This document shows positions 61,801-64,000 of a DNA stretch of 64,000 bases, piece by piece. The position numbers and the translations under genes are program-made. The stretch's first letter is position 1; every line of letters starts with the position of its first letter. This DNA is from Trichodelitschia bisporula (Eukaryota). The stretch lies in assembly GCA_010356995.1 (NCBI GenBank), contig ML996701.1, positions 1-64,000 on the forward strand, read 5' to 3'. The notes under the pieces are model-generated. The model did not search any database and was not told where the DNA came from. It saw only the letters and a program-made list of their open reading frames with translations.

Positions 61801-63455
61801 TGCACAAGCGCATGGATGGCCAGTGGGGCGAGCCCGCTGCCCCGGCACCTCGCCAGAACCAAGACCCCCCCCCCGCCAAACAGCACCCTCTCGACCCGTC
61901 CGCCTCCGCGAGCGGGCCCAACGCCGCCCTGCCCGCTGACCCCTCAACCTACCTCCCCCCCGGCCTAATCTCGCTCGAAGACGTCCACCGACTTCGCAGG
62001 GAACTCTCGCTGCGGCCCGACGCGCCCGTCGCGCTGCTCGCGCTGGCCCAGCGCACGGGGAAGCAGTTCGCCGAGTACATCGCGCTGCGCGAGCTGTACG
62101 AGCGCGAGGAGTACGAGCGCACGGGGCAGTGGGGCGCGCCCTACCCCTTTCTCCCACCCCAGAGCATCGGCCCGGTGCCCGCCAAACACCACCCTCCCGG
62201 CCCCTCCGCCCCCACCGCCGGGCCCGACGCACCCCCGCCCGCCGACCCCGCGACGTATACCCCCCTCTGGCCTCTCTCGCACGAGGCCGTCGAACGGCAT
62301 CTCAAGGAGCTTTCCAAGTGGCCGGATGCCGACGTCGCGCTGGGCGAGCTGTACAAGCGCACGGTGGAGGAGTGGGGCGCGCCTGGGGCCCCGGCGCCGC
62401 ACAAGAACAAGGACCCGGTGCGCGGGCCGAGGCCGGGTCCGGCTGCGCCGCCGATGGGGCTGAAGCCCCACCCGTTGACGCATATTTTTGTGCATCCGAT
62501 GGACCCGCCGTTCCGGATGTTGCTGCCTGATGGGAAGAGTAGGGTCTACTTCCCCGACGGTACATTCACTGTGCAGCACGAGCGCTGGGCCTGCCCCACC
62601 GGTATTAATGCAGGTGGATGGCCAGGTGAATCGAGCGCGGAGGAGGCAATTCGTGCCGTGGAGCGGGTGTGGGAGATTAGTGCGGCCCTTTCAGACACCG
62701 ACGGGTCCGAGTACGGGGATGTAAACGACGCCGGCAGGGCTCCTAAACGCGACGGGGGTCCTCTGCCTGATGGGGTGAACAAACGCAGCAAGGGTGAGAA
62801 ATCGAGGGCGAGGTCAAGGGGAAGGAGGAGGGATGGGGGGATGAATTTCGATGGCGCTGGATCTGTTGTGGGTGAGACGGCGGAGCGTGCGTGGGGGACG
62901 GTGGATGGGGTCGATGGGTGGACGGGACTTGACGGAAACGACTCTGTGAAGAGTGCGAAGCGCGGCCGCAGCTCGAAGCCCAAGACGCGCACTCGATCGC
63001 GCAGCGTGGGACCGTCGGTACGTGCCTTGTCGCCGGAGAGTGGGCAGGCGCGCGTTGTTAAGTTCCTCGAATCATTCCGGCGGTCTCGGTCCGCCGATTC
63101 TAGTTCTGCTTCTGGCAAAGATTGGGGTCGGAAGCGGCGCGATATCCCTGAGAACGTGTTCATCCGCCCGGACATCCGCTACGCGCAGCACCGCGCGACG
63201 CACATCTGCCTCCCTAAGCCGAACGAATACGTCCTCGCCTCCATCGCTGTCTTTCTCATCAGCTGCCTATTCTGGTTCGTCGAGGGCTTGGTCAATCGAG
63301 AGCGGGGGTGGACGGTTAGGCCCGGTGTGCTGGGGTATGGCTGGATGGAGGATGATGGGTATTGGGCGCGGAGGATTGGGGAGTTGGGGAGGGCGGCGGG
63401 GAGGGTGAGGTGGCTTGTTGGGCCTGCTGGGAGGGGGCGGTGGATTGGGGTTTGA
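58815..63455 (+). CDS. Orphan 1546-aa protein: coiled coil, internal repeats, C-terminal transmembrane helix
   Basis: Uninterrupted ORF; E/K/L-rich coiled-coil region; three repeat families; YVLASIAVFLISCLFWFV near the C-terminus. Confidence 0.8.
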   Translation: MSGYPTPDTEPRFKPPPRGLGETTPDSSSLKVPASTTPEGTPPSQDLLSDTPPSRTLLPAMDLDTPPSRNPRSTTPLDTPPSHNPLTRTSKRRSRGKKRPPASPSDDFEETNLPASSAPGITYTPATDPPPTPTVIEGPRTPPMPAKLRPEPPFADRLRPAHSDTASERSTPSPPLSEVSTLEDTPSRLAPGGVFKRPKPPRSVQGKDGSPSPLKKAERPKNDRERTWKKSFDDSASPGEGEEEEEVNETPAMNEEEQRAFTGLLPKLMSMSVAMPTKMPWKKALKVWAHKQLRITAIGDEFLYRFGYQMLCAYESEWSRREEASLKLTKLERQDRTKMKEFEQLEADKEIQLEQIAELKRQNADLRTKNATLENKLVLAQEKINDSQNNRGKNIEEEEEEQLKIAQLTEEVEASTKMNTALKIEMAHALRARARAEDAAKAAEIQAVTMKTLALQYGEMAATYEKGMGMVELADGLEAELLEHGTKLDASRQAELMYMDEIDSMREKNNELVAKIAALQAENENLEDHLDDEKAKLVICTRLLGEARKEPDLSLSTVAEISISPREAEPPSRIPDTRDNDSDAADPDGGPTLVNAPEPPPFQPSSKGKAPVQKTFQNKDSASNDPDGGPTLVDTPEPPPFQSSSKGEAPVQKTVLYGDYYIARHLAAAPERIRLRYEKAEQVIDKELAGASEAIRNEYKKTQQMIVFAEAQQEFILQQLDGIPDTKDNDSASNDPDGGPTLVDTPEPPPFQPSSKGKAPVQNTSKYSEWVAAQLAAAPEDIRLKYEKAQQFIDKELAGASEAVRSRYKKAQEAIAMAEAHQVSMLKQLDGISTDHDDLRTALTDLRKDRQPPQDRRKAAEPERPKRGILCPGDTMQQNLNPDSRPDFNTSDWTHEGNLEEYGFPPQYPPMPIPSSATNPSPPNAAPPRAPSAPAESSNAAGKRPVLSDSITGPAHPPPADPSTYLPAGHISREDFIRLSKELATRPDAGVAQRELHKRMDGQWGEPAAPAPRQNQDPPPAKQHPLDPSASASGPNAALPADPSTYLPPGLISLEDVHRLRRELSLRPDAPVALLALAQRTGKQFAEYIALRELYEREEYERTGQWGAPYPFLPPQSIGPVPAKHHPPGPSAPTAGPDAPPPADPATYTPLWPLSHEAVERHLKELSKWPDADVALGELYKRTVEEWGAPGAPAPHKNKDPVRGPRPGPAAPPMGLKPHPLTHIFVHPMDPPFRMLLPDGKSRVYFPDGTFTVQHERWACPTGINAGGWPGESSAEEAIRAVERVWEISAALSDTDGSEYGDVNDAGRAPKRDGGPLPDGVNKRSKGEKSRARSRGRRRDGGMNFDGAGSVVGETAERAWGTVDGVDGWTGLDGNDSVKSAKRGRSSKPKTRTRSRSVGPSVRALSPESGQARVVKFLESFRRSRSADSSSASGKDWGRKRRDIPENVFIRPDIRYAQHRATHICLPKPNEYVLASIAVFLISCLFWFVEGLVNRERGWTVRPGVLGYGWMEDDGYWARRIGELGRAAGRVRWLVGPAGRGRWIGV

Positions 63456-64000
63456 CGGGGGGGTTGATATCGGGGTGGGGGGGATGGGGATGGGGATATG
63501 TGATGGGTACGGTAGTGTTGATGATTTATGTTGAATTTATTGTCGTTTTTTTCGCTGAAGAGATGGGGCTGAGATGAGGGCCTTCCTGAGTTGCTGGTTC
63601 TCTCTGCTAGTGACTAGGTCCATTGTGCTAAGTTGCGCTTTTACTTTTAACCCCGCTTTGGAGCATACTTAGTCAAGGAAGGGACATGACATAACGCGCT
63701 CAGGGCCAAGGGAAGGAGTATTGAAGGACATCGTGTATATATTTCCCGGCGAGACGAGCGACGCACTGTCGTGGAGATCAGTCCCTTACGGTAGGGTACT
63801 TCGATGACTGCAACTCTCTCACGGAACAGCATCTCTCACCCGCGTCTCCGTTACTGTGGCCAACCTCTTGGACCTTATGGGCTGGCACCCTAAATATCAA
63901 GCTCAAGTTGCGAGGCGGCGCTGATTGTCCAGACCGTGACAGTAACCTGCAATATCTGATGCCAGCATATTGGCGCAAGGTGATGGGAGGTTGGCTGTGC

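Noticed and set aside
1..64000. Biosynthetic gene cluster or complete Starship element
   Set aside because: No PKS, NRPS or terpene synthase, and no tyrosine recombinase, is visible in the window.

Overview
Eukaryotic genomic DNA from a filamentous ascomycete (Pezizomycotina, probably Dothideomycete-like), judged from short GT-AG introns with CTRAC branch sites and fungal orthologues. The first ~8.3 kb is a decaying accessory zone. It holds a PNP_UDP/NB-ARC NLR cut by an LTR-like sequence, a Thr-rich membrane protein and a HET-type WD40 array each with an in-frame TAG, disabled MOG1 and BET2 copies, LTR-like remnants and a 19-bp tandem repeat. The rest is mostly intact: GFA, RtcA-type cyclase, tRNA-Ser(AGA), RIO1, ATG17, FAD oxidoreductase, RNase T1, a 2460-aa Seg1-like protein, an intron-containing U3 snoRNA, SNO1/PDX2, CBC2, NUP82, a GH-like protein, an RBR E3 ligase, an SRR1-domain protein, a BIM1/X325-like GPI protein, TRS20, MRPL31 and a repeat-rich orphan coiled-coil protein. 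Less obvious items are a ~540-bp tandem duplication carrying a small Cys-rich ORF and a degenerate duplicated zinc-cluster-like module. I found no clearly complete novel system. All calls are from motif recognition by eye; no searches were run.
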